Positions 18,937-28,875 of a DNA stretch of 64,000 nt are shown here, piece after piece. The DNA is from Candidatus Latescibacterota bacterium (lineage in GTDB: Bacteria > Latescibacterota > UBA2968 > GCA-2709665). The DNA lies in NCBI GenBank assembly GCA_965226795.1, contig CBDDDZ010000002.1:544001-608000 (forward strand). Reading direction: 5' to 3'. The notes under the pieces are model-generated. The model was given only the letters and a program-made list of their open reading frames with translations. It was not told the origin of the DNA and did not search any database. The translations under genes and the position numbers were made by a program. Within the stretch, counting starts at the first letter, position 1, and each line of letters starts with the position of its first letter.

Positions 18937-19749
18937 TTACGCCGGACCGGCAAGGATCGGATGCAGCGGGTGTTCCCACGGCCCGCCCGCCGTCATCTCG
19001 TCTCCGGCCCCGGCCGCTTCCTTTCCGCCTGTAAACCGGACGTAGTCGGGTATGTAGATCACTGCGAACGCCCGGCGCGGCCGATCGGTCAGGTTGGGGC
19101 CCGCGTGATGAAAATTGCAGCCGTGATGAAAGGTCACCCCACCGCCGGCCATTTCCATCGCGATGGGTTCCGCCACCTCGTGGCCCTTTTTCGCCATCTT
19201 ATCCACGATGCTTTCACCCGCCACCCCCAGCGCGATCGGCTCCTGCGGGCCCAGCTTGTGCGAGCCCGGCACGAAGTGAAGACAGCCGTTCTCGGCCGTC
19301 ACGTCGTCCACCGCCACCCAGGCCGAGAGCGCCCCGTCCGGTTCCATGGGCCAGTATGGCATATCCTGATGCCAGTTGGTCGCGCGGCTGCCGGCCCCGC
19401 CTGGCTTGACCATGGCGTGATCGTGATAGATCCGCACGTTGCGGCAGCCCGAAAGTCGCCGCGCGGTTTCGGCCAGGGCGTGGCTGAACGAATATGCTTT
19501 CACGTCCGGGAAATCCGTCCAGAGGTTCACCATCTGGTTGAAGACCTTTTCGTACGCGTCGGATGTCCGGCCGCCGCCGGGTGCGCCGACAATCCGTTCC
19601 CTGTTGGCCGCGATGGCCCGGTCGATGGCCTCCCTCAGCGCTTCCACCTCTTCTCCGGAAAAAAACTCGGGATACCTTATAAAGCCGTTTTCCCGGTAAA
19701 ATGCCACGTCTTCCGGCGTCGCCGGGCTTTGTTTTGCCTCCACCGACAT
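18937..19749 (-). CDS. Phytanoyl-CoA dioxygenase family (PhyH) protein
   Basis: WHQD, ENGCLHFVPGSH and HHAGPNLTDRPRRA. Confidence 0.88.
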   Translation of the reverse strand: MSVEAKQSPATPEDVAFYRENGFIRYPEFFSGEEVEALREAIDRAIAANRERIVGAPGGGRTSDAYEKVFNQMVNLWTDFPDVKAYSFSHALAETARRLSGCRNVRIYHDHAMVKPGGAGSRATNWHQDMPYWPMEPDGALSAWVAVDDVTAENGCLHFVPGSHKLGPQEPIALGVAGESIVDKMAKKGHEVAEPIAMEMAGGGVTFHHGCNFHHAGPNLTDRPRRAFAVIYIPDYVRFTGGKEAAGAGDEMTAGGPWEHPLHPILAGPA

Positions 19750-19906
19750 TCCTGTCCTCCGAATGGCAAACCAACCGCGTTCATCCCCGAACCGGCATAA
19801 AAAAACCGCCGGTACTCAATGCATAAAAATACCTAAATTCAGCATCGGTACCAACGGTTTTTTCCAATGTCGGAGGCGAGATTGGAAGGATGCTCCGCCG
19901 GTTTTT

Positions 19907-20095
19907 TCAATAGGCGATTCGATGTTTGTCGCGCGTCAACAGCCGGTACCCCACGTAGATCAACAACAGCGGTACGGCGAACTTGATCACGAACCAGACG
20001 AGCCCAAGCGCGATTCCGATGAGTCCGCCCAGCATAATCATCGCCGCGAGTCCGCCGGCAGCCAACAGGCAGAGCCCCAGGAATTTCATCAACAT
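19907..20095 (-). CDS. Small two-TM membrane protein downstream of pspA
   Basis: Hydrophobic 62-aa ORF with RBS GGAGGG, 15 nt after the pspA stop. Confidence 0.7.
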   Translation of the reverse strand: MLMKFLGLCLLAAGGLAAMIMLGGLIGIALGLVWFVIKFAVPLLLIYVGYRLLTRDKHRIAY

Positions 20096-20110
20096 CGTTC
20101 CCTCCGTAGT

Positions 20111-20803
20111 TTATTGTCCATCCCGTTCCGATTTCGCATCGGCCAGCTTCTGTTTCATCTCTCGCAATTGCGAGTCAACCCGTTCCTTCCGCGCCATTTT
20201 CTCCAGGCGTTCGTCCGCTTCCGAGGTGTTGCCGGCGATTTCCTCGTAAATCTCGGCCGCGGCCTCCTCGTGGTCGACCCGCTGGCATAACGCGTCGAAC
20301 CGCTCGAACGCCTCTTCGCGAATCCGGGCGGGGGAACCTGTCGCTGAAACGCAACCTCCCGCCGAGCGGCTTCTGGCGATAAGGGTTCTCTGCCGCGCCC
20401 GCGCCTCCTGAAACCGGTCCTTCAGGCGCGCGCATTGCCGCTCGAGTTGTTCGGCCACCTTCCCGGCTTCGGCCAGCACCTTTTCAAGCCCCTCGGCTTC
20501 CGCTTCTACCTCGGCCTTCCGCACCAGCGCCAGGCGGGCGAGGTCGTCGTCGCCCTCCGAAACGGAACGCTCGGCCGTCCGGTCCCAGGCTTCCGTATCC
20601 GCCCGCCGTGCCTTCACCCTGCGTTCGAGCAGCCGCCGGCCGGCCATGGCGTCGGCCACCGCGGCAACGGCATCGTTCACGGCGTTCTCCATCTCCGTCA
20701 TCATCAGGCGCGACATCTTGTCCGGATCCTCTATCCGGTTCAGCAGATCGTCCACGTCCGCCCGAATGATATTGGCAATCCGCGACAATGTCCCCGCGGC
20801 CAT
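20111..20803 (-). CDS. pspA: PspA/IM30 family protein
   Basis: LSRIANIIRADVDDLLNRIEDPDKM, GDDDLARLAL and a coiled coil. Confidence 0.88.
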   Translation of the reverse strand: MAAGTLSRIANIIRADVDDLLNRIEDPDKMSRLMMTEMENAVNDAVAAVADAMAGRRLLERRVKARRADTEAWDRTAERSVSEGDDDLARLALVRKAEVEAEAEGLEKVLAEAGKVAEQLERQCARLKDRFQEARARQRTLIARSRSAGGCVSATGSPARIREEAFERFDALCQRVDHEEAAAEIYEEIAGNTSEADERLEKMARKERVDSQLREMKQKLADAKSERDGQ

Positions 20804-20875
20804 GTCGGTCTCCTTTCACTAGTGGGTGGGATATTTCCTCCCGCGGATGTTCATATACCATCCTGCCCAAAATGT

Positions 20876-20892
20876 ATACAAATGCCGTGCCA
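20876..20892 (-). promoter_or_regulatory. Sigma54-type promoter for pspA (TGGCACGGCATTTGTAT), with an IHF-like site at 20910-20922
   Basis: TGGCACG-N4-TTGT is the -24/-12 layout with GT instead of GC. Upstream AAACAACTACTTA is one mismatch from WATCAANNNNTTR in an AT-rich tract. Confidence 0.7.
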
Positions 20893-21186
20893 GAAAATGT
20901 ATTTGGAATTAAGTAGTTGTTTAATAATATTTTAAAGACAGAGATTAAAAAAGGGCCGCACGGGATGTTGGCGTGACGCGCCAACCCGGGCGGCCGAATT
21001 CACCTTATAGAGGCAATTTGAGGTCGTGCCTGTTATTACGGGGAGTACCTTATAGTTTACATCATATGCCTCTGCAATATGTGCGAAAAACGTCAGCCAT
21101 TTGCCGCTGACTGCTGCTTTACCCCGCCGGGCGGGCCTCTTCCTTCTCCCGTCTCGCGCCTTTGGTGGTCTACTTACGTCGCCCGA

Positions 21187-22311
21187 TCAGGATGCCGCGC
21201 GGGCTCCGGCCAGTGACCTGGCCCCGTGCGAGGGTTTGCCACCGGAACGGCGCGCCTGGATCAGTTCGGAGACCACGCTTATGGCGATCTCCTCCGGGGA
21301 ATCCGCGCCAATGTCCAGTCCGATAGGCGCGTGCACCTCTTCAAGGCGCTCCCTGCTTATTCCCTTCGCCTCCATTTCCTTCCACATCAACGCAATCTTG
21401 CGCCTGCTGCCGATCATACCGATATAGGCGGCGTCCGTCCATACCGCCTGTTCCACCACCGGCTTATCGTGCTGGTGTCCCCGGGTTACCGCCACAATAT
21501 AGGACAGGTCGTCGATCTCCAGATGTTCGAACGCCGTCTCCATCTCCAGCGTGAGCGTCTCGTCGGCCATGGGAAACCGCTCTTTGTTGGCAAACATGGG
21601 GCGATCGTCGATGACGACGATTCGAAAGCCAACGGTTGCCGCGATCCGGGCGATGGCGAACGAAACGTGACCGCCGCCAAACAGATAGAGCGTCGGCTCC
21701 GGGCAGATCGACTCCATGAAAACCTTCAGCGGGCTTCCTGACTCGCCCACGTCCAGCGATACCACCTCCAGCAGATCCTCCTGAATCGTCTCCATTTCGG
21801 CCACTTCGCTCAGGATCGCAGCGTCGGCCTCCGCGCAGCCCAGGGACCCCACGGTCGTCCCGTTTGCCCGCACCAGCAGCTTGTCACTCCATTTCGCGGG
21901 ATCTCCTCCGGACACGAGGGTGGCCAACACCGCCGATTCCCGTGCCCTGTGGACCTCCGCCACGTTTTCGAGCACGTTTTCGGACCGGCCCCTGTACAGC
22001 GGCTCCGTGAAAATTTCCACGTTTCCACCGCAGTTCAATCCGTTTTCGCCCGCATGTTTTTCGGTCAGAATGAAATGCTGAAGCGTAGGTACACCCGTTT
22101 CCATCACCTCCCGGGCTTCGGCCCACACATCCGCCTCGAGGCAGCCGCCACCCACCGTACCCACAATCTGGCCATCGGGACGCACCAGCATCTTTGCCTT
22201 CTTGCTCATCGGCAAGGACCCCTTACTGGAGACGATTGTCGACATCGCCGCATTCTGTCCCGAAGAAATCAAATCCAGGGCTTCTGAGAACACGTCTTTC
22301 ATCAGGACCAC
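21187..22311 (-). CDS. xdhC: XdhC/CoxI family molybdoenzyme maturation factor
   Basis: GTVGGGCLEA, CGGNVEIF, LFGGGHVS, YIGMIGSRRK and APIGLDIGADSPEEIAIS. Confidence 0.9.
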   Translation of the reverse strand: MVLMKDVFSEALDLISSGQNAAMSTIVSSKGSLPMSKKAKMLVRPDGQIVGTVGGGCLEADVWAEAREVMETGVPTLQHFILTEKHAGENGLNCGGNVEIFTEPLYRGRSENVLENVAEVHRARESAVLATLVSGGDPAKWSDKLLVRANGTTVGSLGCAEADAAILSEVAEMETIQEDLLEVVSLDVGESGSPLKVFMESICPEPTLYLFGGGHVSFAIARIAATVGFRIVVIDDRPMFANKERFPMADETLTLEMETAFEHLEIDDLSYIVAVTRGHQHDKPVVEQAVWTDAAYIGMIGSRRKIALMWKEMEAKGISRERLEEVHAPIGLDIGADSPEEIAISVVSELIQARRSGGKPSHGARSLAGARAAS

Positions 22312-22366
22312 CCCCTTCAGTTCCGTATGCCGGATTGGGATTCCGTGTTTTCGAACGCTCGCGGTC

Positions 22367-23566
22367 TCATCTCCAGACCGAACGCAACGTTTTCGCCAGT
22401 TGCACGAGACTCTCGAGGTTGTGTGCAGCCATGAAATGATCCAGGTAGGGCAACGCCGTTTTCATGCCCAGACAAAGCGGCTGGTACCCGGGGCTGCCCA
22501 GCAGAGGGTTCAGCCACATCAGTTTATGTACGCGTCTGCGCAAACGCACCATTTCGCGCCGCATGAGTTCCGCGTCTCCACGGTCCCATCCGTCGCTTAC
22601 GATAATCATCACCGTCTTGGCCTTCAGCATCTCCCTGGCAAAGCGATCGTTGAACTCCCTCAGGCAGCCGCCGATATCCGTTCCTCCGGCCCAATCATGC
22701 ACGGTTTCCGCCACTTCCCGGAGCGATTCCTCCACGCTCTTGTTCTTGAGCAGCCTGGAGATCGGGGTCATCCGCGTGGAGAACACCCCTACCTCCACGT
22801 CGCGAATTTCCCGTTTCAGCGCGTAGATGAACTGAATCAGGAACTGGCTGTAGCAGTCCATCGACCCGCTCACGTCGCACAGCAGCATCAGCTTCGTTTT
22901 CTTGATCCGGCGCCGGCGCCTGGCCAGGGCCACGCCGTCGCGCCCGTAGAGCGCGTTCCGCCGCCAGGTCCTTCGGAAGTCGATCTCCGCGCCCCGCTTC
23001 TGCGGCTCCCTCCGCCGGCTGCGCCTGTTGGCGATGATGTCCACGATCTGCGCGATAACCTGCCGGGCCTTCTCAATTTCCTTGTCGCTCATCGCGGCCA
23101 GGTCCTTGCGCATCAACACTTCCTCGGGGCTGTACCCCACTTCGTCCGAATCCCCCTCGGCGTTCCCGTCTTCCTCCTCCTCTGTCACCGTATCGACCGG
23201 CTCGTCGAGTTGATCCGACACTTCGAGGTTCTGATCGTCGGCGTCATCTTCGGCAGCCTCCATTTCCATGGTCCGAACCGGGGAGTTCCAGAATGCATAA
23301 AATACCCGGTCGAACGTTTCCAGGTCGTCGAACCGGGAAACCAGCGTGGCGCGCGCCGCCGCGTAGAAATCTCCGCGTCTGCCGATATCGATGAACTCGA
23401 AACTCTGGCAGAAGTCAATCAGATTACCGGAATTCACATCCACGCCGGCCACGTGCAGCGCCCGTGAAAAGGCCACCACCCGGCTCATCATGCTCCTGTC
23501 TTCGACCCTTCCTCTATTCATGCGGTCCAACCCGTGGGAACGTCGTTTGGTCTGTCTTGTCGTCAA
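22367..23566 (-). CDS. CoxE-like vWA domain protein
   Basis: MIDAS motif DVSGSM, WAGGTDIG, IVSDGWD and WLNPL. Confidence 0.88.
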   Translation of the reverse strand: MTTRQTKRRSHGLDRMNRGRVEDRSMMSRVVAFSRALHVAGVDVNSGNLIDFCQSFEFIDIGRRGDFYAAARATLVSRFDDLETFDRVFYAFWNSPVRTMEMEAAEDDADDQNLEVSDQLDEPVDTVTEEEEDGNAEGDSDEVGYSPEEVLMRKDLAAMSDKEIEKARQVIAQIVDIIANRRSRRREPQKRGAEIDFRRTWRRNALYGRDGVALARRRRRIKKTKLMLLCDVSGSMDCYSQFLIQFIYALKREIRDVEVGVFSTRMTPISRLLKNKSVEESLREVAETVHDWAGGTDIGGCLREFNDRFAREMLKAKTVMIIVSDGWDRGDAELMRREMVRLRRRVHKLMWLNPLLGSPGYQPLCLGMKTALPYLDHFMAAHNLESLVQLAKTLRSVWR

Positions 23567-24477
23567 TTCTTCAGTCGCAACGCCCGATCCTTCAACGCCC
23601 TTGCCTTTTCGATGATCTGGGGCAGGCCATCCTCCTGGAGTTTTTCGATATCCTCCTTGTACTTCAACACGCAGCCCAGCGTGGCGTTCACGGTTTCGGA
23701 ATCGAGTTCATCAATTTCCAAATGCATCAATGCCAGCGCCCAATCGATGGTTTCCGCGATGCCCGGCCGCTTGTAGAAATCGCGTGTTCGCATCAATTGC
23801 ATGAACCCGCACACCTGCTGAGCCAGCCCCGCCTGAATGCGGGGAACCCGAGACGCGACAATTTCCATTTCTTTCTTGAACGTGGGATAGTCGATCCACA
23901 GGTAAAGGCAACGCCGTTTTAGCGCATCGTGCAACTCGCGCGTTCGGTTGGAGGTGAGCACGACAAACGGCACCTTCTGCGCTGAAATCGTGCCGATCTC
24001 GGGGATGGTAATCTGGAAATCCGACAGCACTTCCAGGAGAAAGGCCTCAAATTCCTCGTCGGATCGGTCCACCTCGTCGATCAACAACACCGGCGCGTTG
24101 ATTCCGTTGCCTTGAATAGCCCGCAGAAGCGGTCGTTTAAGCAGGAAATCCTCGCTGAAAATATTGCGGCCGATCTCCTGTTTTTCTATTCCCCTGGCCT
24201 CTTCCAGGCGCATCTCCAGCATCTGCCTTGGATAATTCCACTCGTACAGAGCCGTATTGGCATCCAGCCCTTCGTAACACTGCAACCGGATCAGATCCGT
24301 TTCCAGGATCTGCGCCATTACCTTGGCGACTTCCGTCTTGCCTACGCCCGGCTCGCCCTCAAGAAATATCGGTTTACCCAGCGCCACGGCCAGGTAGATC
24401 GTTGTGGCCAGCGTCCGATCCGCGATATACCCCTCACGACCAAACCGCGCCTCGACTTCTTCTATAGACTTTAACAT
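23563..24477 (-). CDS. CoxD-like MoxR AAA+ ATPase
   Basis: GEPGVGKT, LQCYEGLD, LLIDEVD and TSNRTRELHDALKRRC. Confidence 0.9.
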   Translation of the reverse strand: MLKSIEEVEARFGREGYIADRTLATTIYLAVALGKPIFLEGEPGVGKTEVAKVMAQILETDLIRLQCYEGLDANTALYEWNYPRQMLEMRLEEARGIEKQEIGRNIFSEDFLLKRPLLRAIQGNGINAPVLLIDEVDRSDEEFEAFLLEVLSDFQITIPEIGTISAQKVPFVVLTSNRTRELHDALKRRCLYLWIDYPTFKKEMEIVASRVPRIQAGLAQQVCGFMQLMRTRDFYKRPGIAETIDWALALMHLEIDELDSETVNATLGCVLKYKEDIEKLQEDGLPQIIEKARALKDRALRLKN

Positions 24478-24498
24478 CCGACCCGTATCTCCCCTTTC

Positions 24499-25050
24499 TC
24501 AGCCCAGGGACCGACTCCTGGAACGCTCGGGGCGCGCATATTTCTCAATCCACGCGCTAAGCGCCTCAACCGTACTGCGAAATGCAACTTCGGACCAGGG
24601 AATCCGGCCTGGAGAATATGTCCGTACCTCCAGCGTCTCGAAGTTCCCCTTCAGTTCACCTCCGACCACCGCGCCCGTGTACACAACCAGGACCGTTGGT
24701 ACGTTCGGATAAGAATAGACGCCCAGCAAATCTTCAATTTCGACATCCAGCCCCACCTCTTCCCTGGCTTCGCGGGCAGCCGCGGCTTCCACCTGTTCGC
24801 CCCGGTCGACGTATCCGCCCGGAAAGACCCACTTTCCCATCCCGGGTTCGATGCCCCGCTTCAGGAGCACCACCTCGTCATCCAGTGTAACGATCACGCC
24901 GGCGGCCACTTTCGGATCCAGGTAGACCACGAACTCACACGCCGGGCAAACGGGGCGGTTATGGCCTTCGATCCGTTTCAGTACCAGCGCCGCGCTGCAT
25001 CGCTCGCAGAAGCGGGCGCCGTCGACTTGATGCGCGGTATGATCGCTCAC
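24499..25050 (-). CDS. Zinc-ribbon NUDIX hydrolase
   Basis: CERC...CPAC and Nudix box GGYVDRGEQVEAAAAREAREEVG; GTG 25050 chosen. Confidence 0.85.
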   Translation of the reverse strand: MSDHTAHQVDGARFCERCSAALVLKRIEGHNRPVCPACEFVVYLDPKVAAGVIVTLDDEVVLLKRGIEPGMGKWVFPGGYVDRGEQVEAAAAREAREEVGLDVEIEDLLGVYSYPNVPTVLVVYTGAVVGGELKGNFETLEVRTYSPGRIPWSEVAFRSTVEALSAWIEKYARPERSRSRSLG

Positions 25051-25270
25051 CACCGAGAAGAAACCCTCCCGAAAAATGGTCCCATAGCGTCTAAATATAC
25101 GGGTTTGGAACCGCAGAACAAGCCCTTTTTCGCGACCATGCGGGCACGGACCATCCACAAAAAACCGCAGCCTATCGGCAGGCATGCAGTCGTAAATCCG
25201 GACGTTGCGGACAATCATGGATATCGTCGGGAAACGAAGGCTTTCGGATCCAGGACTCTCGTATATCCCG

Positions 25271-25948
25271 TCATTCCTCGCCGATATTCTCCTTCTGGTG
25301 GCGCACAATCCGACCCTGTACCAGGTATACCACGTTCTCGGCGATATTGGACGCGTGGTCGCCCATGCGCTCCAGGTGCCGCGAGACCAGAATCAGGTGA
25401 ATCGCGCGATCGATGGCGTCCGTCTCCACCCGATAATGCAGGTACGTGAGCAACTCCCTGAAAATCTGATCCCTTAAACCATCCACCACGTCGTCCCGGC
25501 GGCGCACGTCGTTGGCCAGGTCCACGTTCCGATTAACGAAAGCGTCCAGCGCGTCCTTGACCATGCCCCGGGCAAGTTCCGCCATCCGTGGGATATCGAT
25601 AAGCGGCTTCAGAAGCGACGCCCGGTTCAAGACAAGCGCCCGCTCCGCGATATTCACTGCCTGATCGTTGATCCGTTCCAGGTCGTAGTTGATCTTCACC
25701 ACGGTCGCGATAAAGCGAAGATCTCCCGCCACCGGCTGGCGTACCGCCAGCAGCTTCAGGCATTCTTCCTCGATCGACACCTCCCACTCATCGATCGCCT
25801 TACCGCCGGAAATCACGGTTCCCGGTAGATCGTTGTCACGGTCCACCAGTGACTTCACGGCGAGGGCGATGGACTCCTCCACGGCCCCACCCATCTTCAG
25901 CAATTCGCTCTTCAGATGCTCCAGCCGTTGATCCAATGTACGTTCCAT
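25271..25948 (-). CDS. phoU: Phosphate signalling/transport regulator PhoU
   Basis: QPVAGDLR, DLERINDQA and HLERMGDHASNIAE; last gene of the pst operon. Confidence 0.95.
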   Translation of the reverse strand: MERTLDQRLEHLKSELLKMGGAVEESIALAVKSLVDRDNDLPGTVISGGKAIDEWEVSIEEECLKLLAVRQPVAGDLRFIATVVKINYDLERINDQAVNIAERALVLNRASLLKPLIDIPRMAELARGMVKDALDAFVNRNVDLANDVRRRDDVVDGLRDQIFRELLTYLHYRVETDAIDRAIHLILVSRHLERMGDHASNIAENVVYLVQGRIVRHQKENIGEE

Positions 25949-26001
25949 AATGTTTATCCCGTTCGATTAAATCCTCGCACATCTGCCGTGCGCCGTTCCG
26001 G

Positions 26002-26781
26002 CTATCCAAATCTTCCCGTCACGTAGTCCTCGGTCTGCTTCAACCTCGGGTTAGTGAACATCTCCTCGGTCCGTGAATGCTCCACCAGCTTTCCCAGATA
26101 AAAGAAGGCCGTCCAGTCCGAAATACGGGAAGCCTGCTGGAGATTGTGCGTGACTATCGCAATGGTATAACGAGTTTTCAGTTCTTCGATCGTCTCCTCG
26201 ATGTGCCCCGTTGCAATCGGATCCAGCGCGGAACAGGGTTCATCCATCAGAATCACGGAAGGCTCGACCGCAATCGCCCGCGCGATGCAGAGCCGCTGCT
26301 GCTGGCCACCGGAGAGTCCCAGCGCGGACGCATCCAGGCGATCCTTGACCTCGTCCCAGAGCGCAGCCGCGTGAAGGCTTCGCTCCACGGTCTCGTCCAG
26401 AATGGATCGCCGGTTTTCGCCGGCAATGCGCAACCCGTACACCACGTTTTCGTAGATCGATTTGGGAAAGGGATTCGACTTCTGAAACACCATCCCCACA
26501 AGGCGCCGGAGTGAAATAACGTCGTACCCGTGGGCGTGAATATCCTCTCCCTCGATGCGCACCCTGCCCTCAATTCTTACCGTGTCGATCAGATCGTTCA
26601 AACGGTTCATACATCGTAACAGCGTCGACTTCCCGCAGCCCGACGGCCCGATAAATGCGGTGACGTTGTGTCGAGGTACGTTGAGACTGATATCGTACAG
26701 GGCCTGGGTGTCGCCGTAATACAGGCTCAACGCTTCAACTTCCACTACGGGGCGTTCCAGCGTCGCGGCTTCCGCGCCCAT
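26002..26781 (-). CDS. pstB: Phosphate ABC transporter ATPase
   Basis: [31 protein letters not shown] and [10 protein letters not shown]. Confidence 0.96.
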   Translation of the reverse strand: MGAEAATLERPVVEVEALSLYYGDTQALYDISLNVPRHNVTAFIGPSGCGKSTLLRCMNRLNDLIDTVRIEGRVRIEGEDIHAHGYDVISLRRLVGMVFQKSNPFPKSIYENVVYGLRIAGENRRSILDETVERSLHAAALWDEVKDRLDASALGLSGGQQQRLCIARAIAVEPSVILMDEPCSALDPIATGHIEETIEELKTRYTIAIVTHNLQQASRISDWTAFFYLGKLVEHSRTEEMFTNPRLKQTEDYVTGRFG

Positions 26782-26865
26782 CTCGTTTGACTCCTCAGAG
26801 GTAATTCCGCTCAAGGACTATTGGATTGTCGTATGCCAGCGTTCTTGTCAACGGCCGAATAGTCG

Positions 26866-28470
26866 CTAGAAGCCTGTTTTCTGGAAACGCTTCCGCAACC
26901 GGGAACGGACCTGGATCGCCGTCAGGTTCAGTGCGAGCACGATGAATATCAGCAACAGGGTTGTGGTATACACCATTGGACGGGCCGCCTCCACGTTGGG
27001 AGACTGAAAGCCCACGTCGTATATGTGAAACCCCAGGTGCATGAACTTGCGTTCAAGGTGAAAAAACGGCCAGGCGCCGTCCACGGGCAGCGTGGGCGCA
27101 AGTTTAACCACACCGGTAATCATCAACGGCGCCACCTCGCCCGCGCCTCTGGCCACCACCAGCACAATCCCCGTGAGAATCCCGGGGAGCGCCGCGGGCA
27201 GAATGATCCGCCAGATGGTCTGGAACTGGGTGGCACCCAGCGCAAGCGACCCTTCCCGCACCTCCCCTGGTACAGAGGCCAGCGCTTCCTCCGACGCCAC
27301 GACCATTACCGGCACCGTCAACAACGCCAGCGTCAACGACGCCCAGAGAATGCCGCCGGTGCCAAACGTGGGCGCCGGCAACGCCTCGGGGAAAAAGAGA
27401 AGGTCCAGGCTGCCGCCCACACCGTAGACGAAGAATCCCAATCCGAACATCCCGAAGACGATCGAGGGCACCCCGGCGAGATTGTTCACCGCGATCCGGA
27501 TCGCCCGCACAAGCGGACCCTGCCTGGCATATTCACGCAGATACAGCGCCGCCAGAATCCCGAATGGCACCGCCGCCAGACTCATCAGAATGACCATCAT
27601 GACCGTACCGAAGATCGCCGGAAACACGCCGCCTTCGGTGTTGGATTCGCGGGGTTCCGCAGACAGGAACTCCCAGACCCGATCCAGGTAGACGCCCGTC
27701 TTTTCGAAGACGCTCAGCTGGTTCGGCCGATACGCGCGCACCACGTCGGCCACCGAGAGCCGCCGCACCTCCCCGCCGATCAGATGGACCTCGAGTTGCG
27801 GTACTTCGCTCTCTACCCTGAGGCGGTTCAGTTCGGCGGCCAGAGATTCATAACGTGTCCAATATCGGCGGCTTGTCTCGTCCAGTCGCGAAATGTCCGC
27901 CTGCTGTGCATCAGCCGCCAGTTCAAGCTTTCGTTTTTCCAGGCGAAGCTGCTCGATTCTCCGGTTCAGATCAGAAATGGCGTTGTGCTCAATATCGCGG
28001 ACTTTCTCCAGGACCGCGCCGGTTCGCCGAATTTGGCTTTGAAACGCGGTCCAGCCGGCCGGACCGCCTCCGGCCACTTTGTCTTCACCTTCGAACACGC
28101 CCCGCAAGAAACCGTACAGATGTCCCCATTCCCTCCGCTCAAACACCACCGCGCTGTCCGGCAAAGTTCGATCCAGAATCCGTGACTCGTCAATCCATTG
28201 GAAGTCGGCCCCGTAAGCGTCCCGGTTCGCCACTTTCACTTGAACCCGGTATTCCCCTTGCCGGTTCGGAATCTCCTGCCGATTCCAGACCTGACCCATC
28301 GCAACCCCGTCACCATGGAGACGAAACTCGGTCAGGTCGGCGGGCCAGAAAAAGCCCAGGCCGTTGTAGATCACCAGGCCGATCAACCCTACGATCATCA
28401 GGACGCAGAAAGCGAGCGCGCCGCCTGTGAGCCAGATATACGCCTGGCCTGACTTCCAGAACCCGTTCAT
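26866..28470 (-). CDS. pstA: Phosphate ABC permease PstA (long form)
   Basis: EPRESNTEGGVFPAIFGT, NLAGVPSIVFG and REGSLALGAT. Confidence 0.95.
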   Translation of the reverse strand: MNGFWKSGQAYIWLTGGALAFCVLMIVGLIGLVIYNGLGFFWPADLTEFRLHGDGVAMGQVWNRQEIPNRQGEYRVQVKVANRDAYGADFQWIDESRILDRTLPDSAVVFERREWGHLYGFLRGVFEGEDKVAGGGPAGWTAFQSQIRRTGAVLEKVRDIEHNAISDLNRRIEQLRLEKRKLELAADAQQADISRLDETSRRYWTRYESLAAELNRLRVESEVPQLEVHLIGGEVRRLSVADVVRAYRPNQLSVFEKTGVYLDRVWEFLSAEPRESNTEGGVFPAIFGTVMMVILMSLAAVPFGILAALYLREYARQGPLVRAIRIAVNNLAGVPSIVFGMFGLGFFVYGVGGSLDLLFFPEALPAPTFGTGGILWASLTLALLTVPVMVVASEEALASVPGEVREGSLALGATQFQTIWRIILPAALPGILTGIVLVVARGAGEVAPLMITGVVKLAPTLPVDGAWPFFHLERKFMHLGFHIYDVGFQSPNVEAARPMVYTTTLLLIFIVLALNLTAIQVRSRLRKRFQKTGF

Positions 28471-28578
28471 TCGATTGGCTCCAGACGTACGATGCGGGCA
28501 ATTGAGGCGCTAAAACCAGAATCCATCGTGTCGTCTCCGTTGTATTCCTTGTCTCGGGACTCGAGACAACCAGCGTGA

Positions 28579-28805
28579 CGAAACGTGGTCATTGAGCTTG
28601 TCGAAATGCCCGCGTTTCGGTACCCTTCGACTGGCTCAGTGTCCGGCACAGGGGGCACCGACCCTTGTCGTTCGACAGCCCTTCGCCGACCCTTCGACAA
28701 GCTCAGGGAGCGGCTCAGGGTGCCGGCCCAATGTCGTTAGTTGCGGGCCTTGCTTGCGTTGCCTGTGCTGGGTGCGTTGAGCCTGTCGAAACGCGCCCGT
28801 CGACC
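28579..28805. repeat. Cluster of TGAGCTTGTCGAA / TTCGACAAGCTCA palindromic repeats between pstC and pstA
   Basis: Several units in both orientations; shares longer stretches with 46615-46750, and short relatives lie at 18060-18102. Confidence 0.8.
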
Positions 28806-28875
28806 TTCCGGCCGATTTTCGGCGATATTTTCCGGGACAAAACATCAGGGATCACCAGCCTGAATGCGTCGGGAT

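Noticed and set aside
19798..19864. AAAAAACCG..GGTAC / GTACC..CGGTTTTTT inverted repeat as a MITE
   Set aside because: It is single-copy in the window and more simply a terminator-like hairpin after the psp genes.
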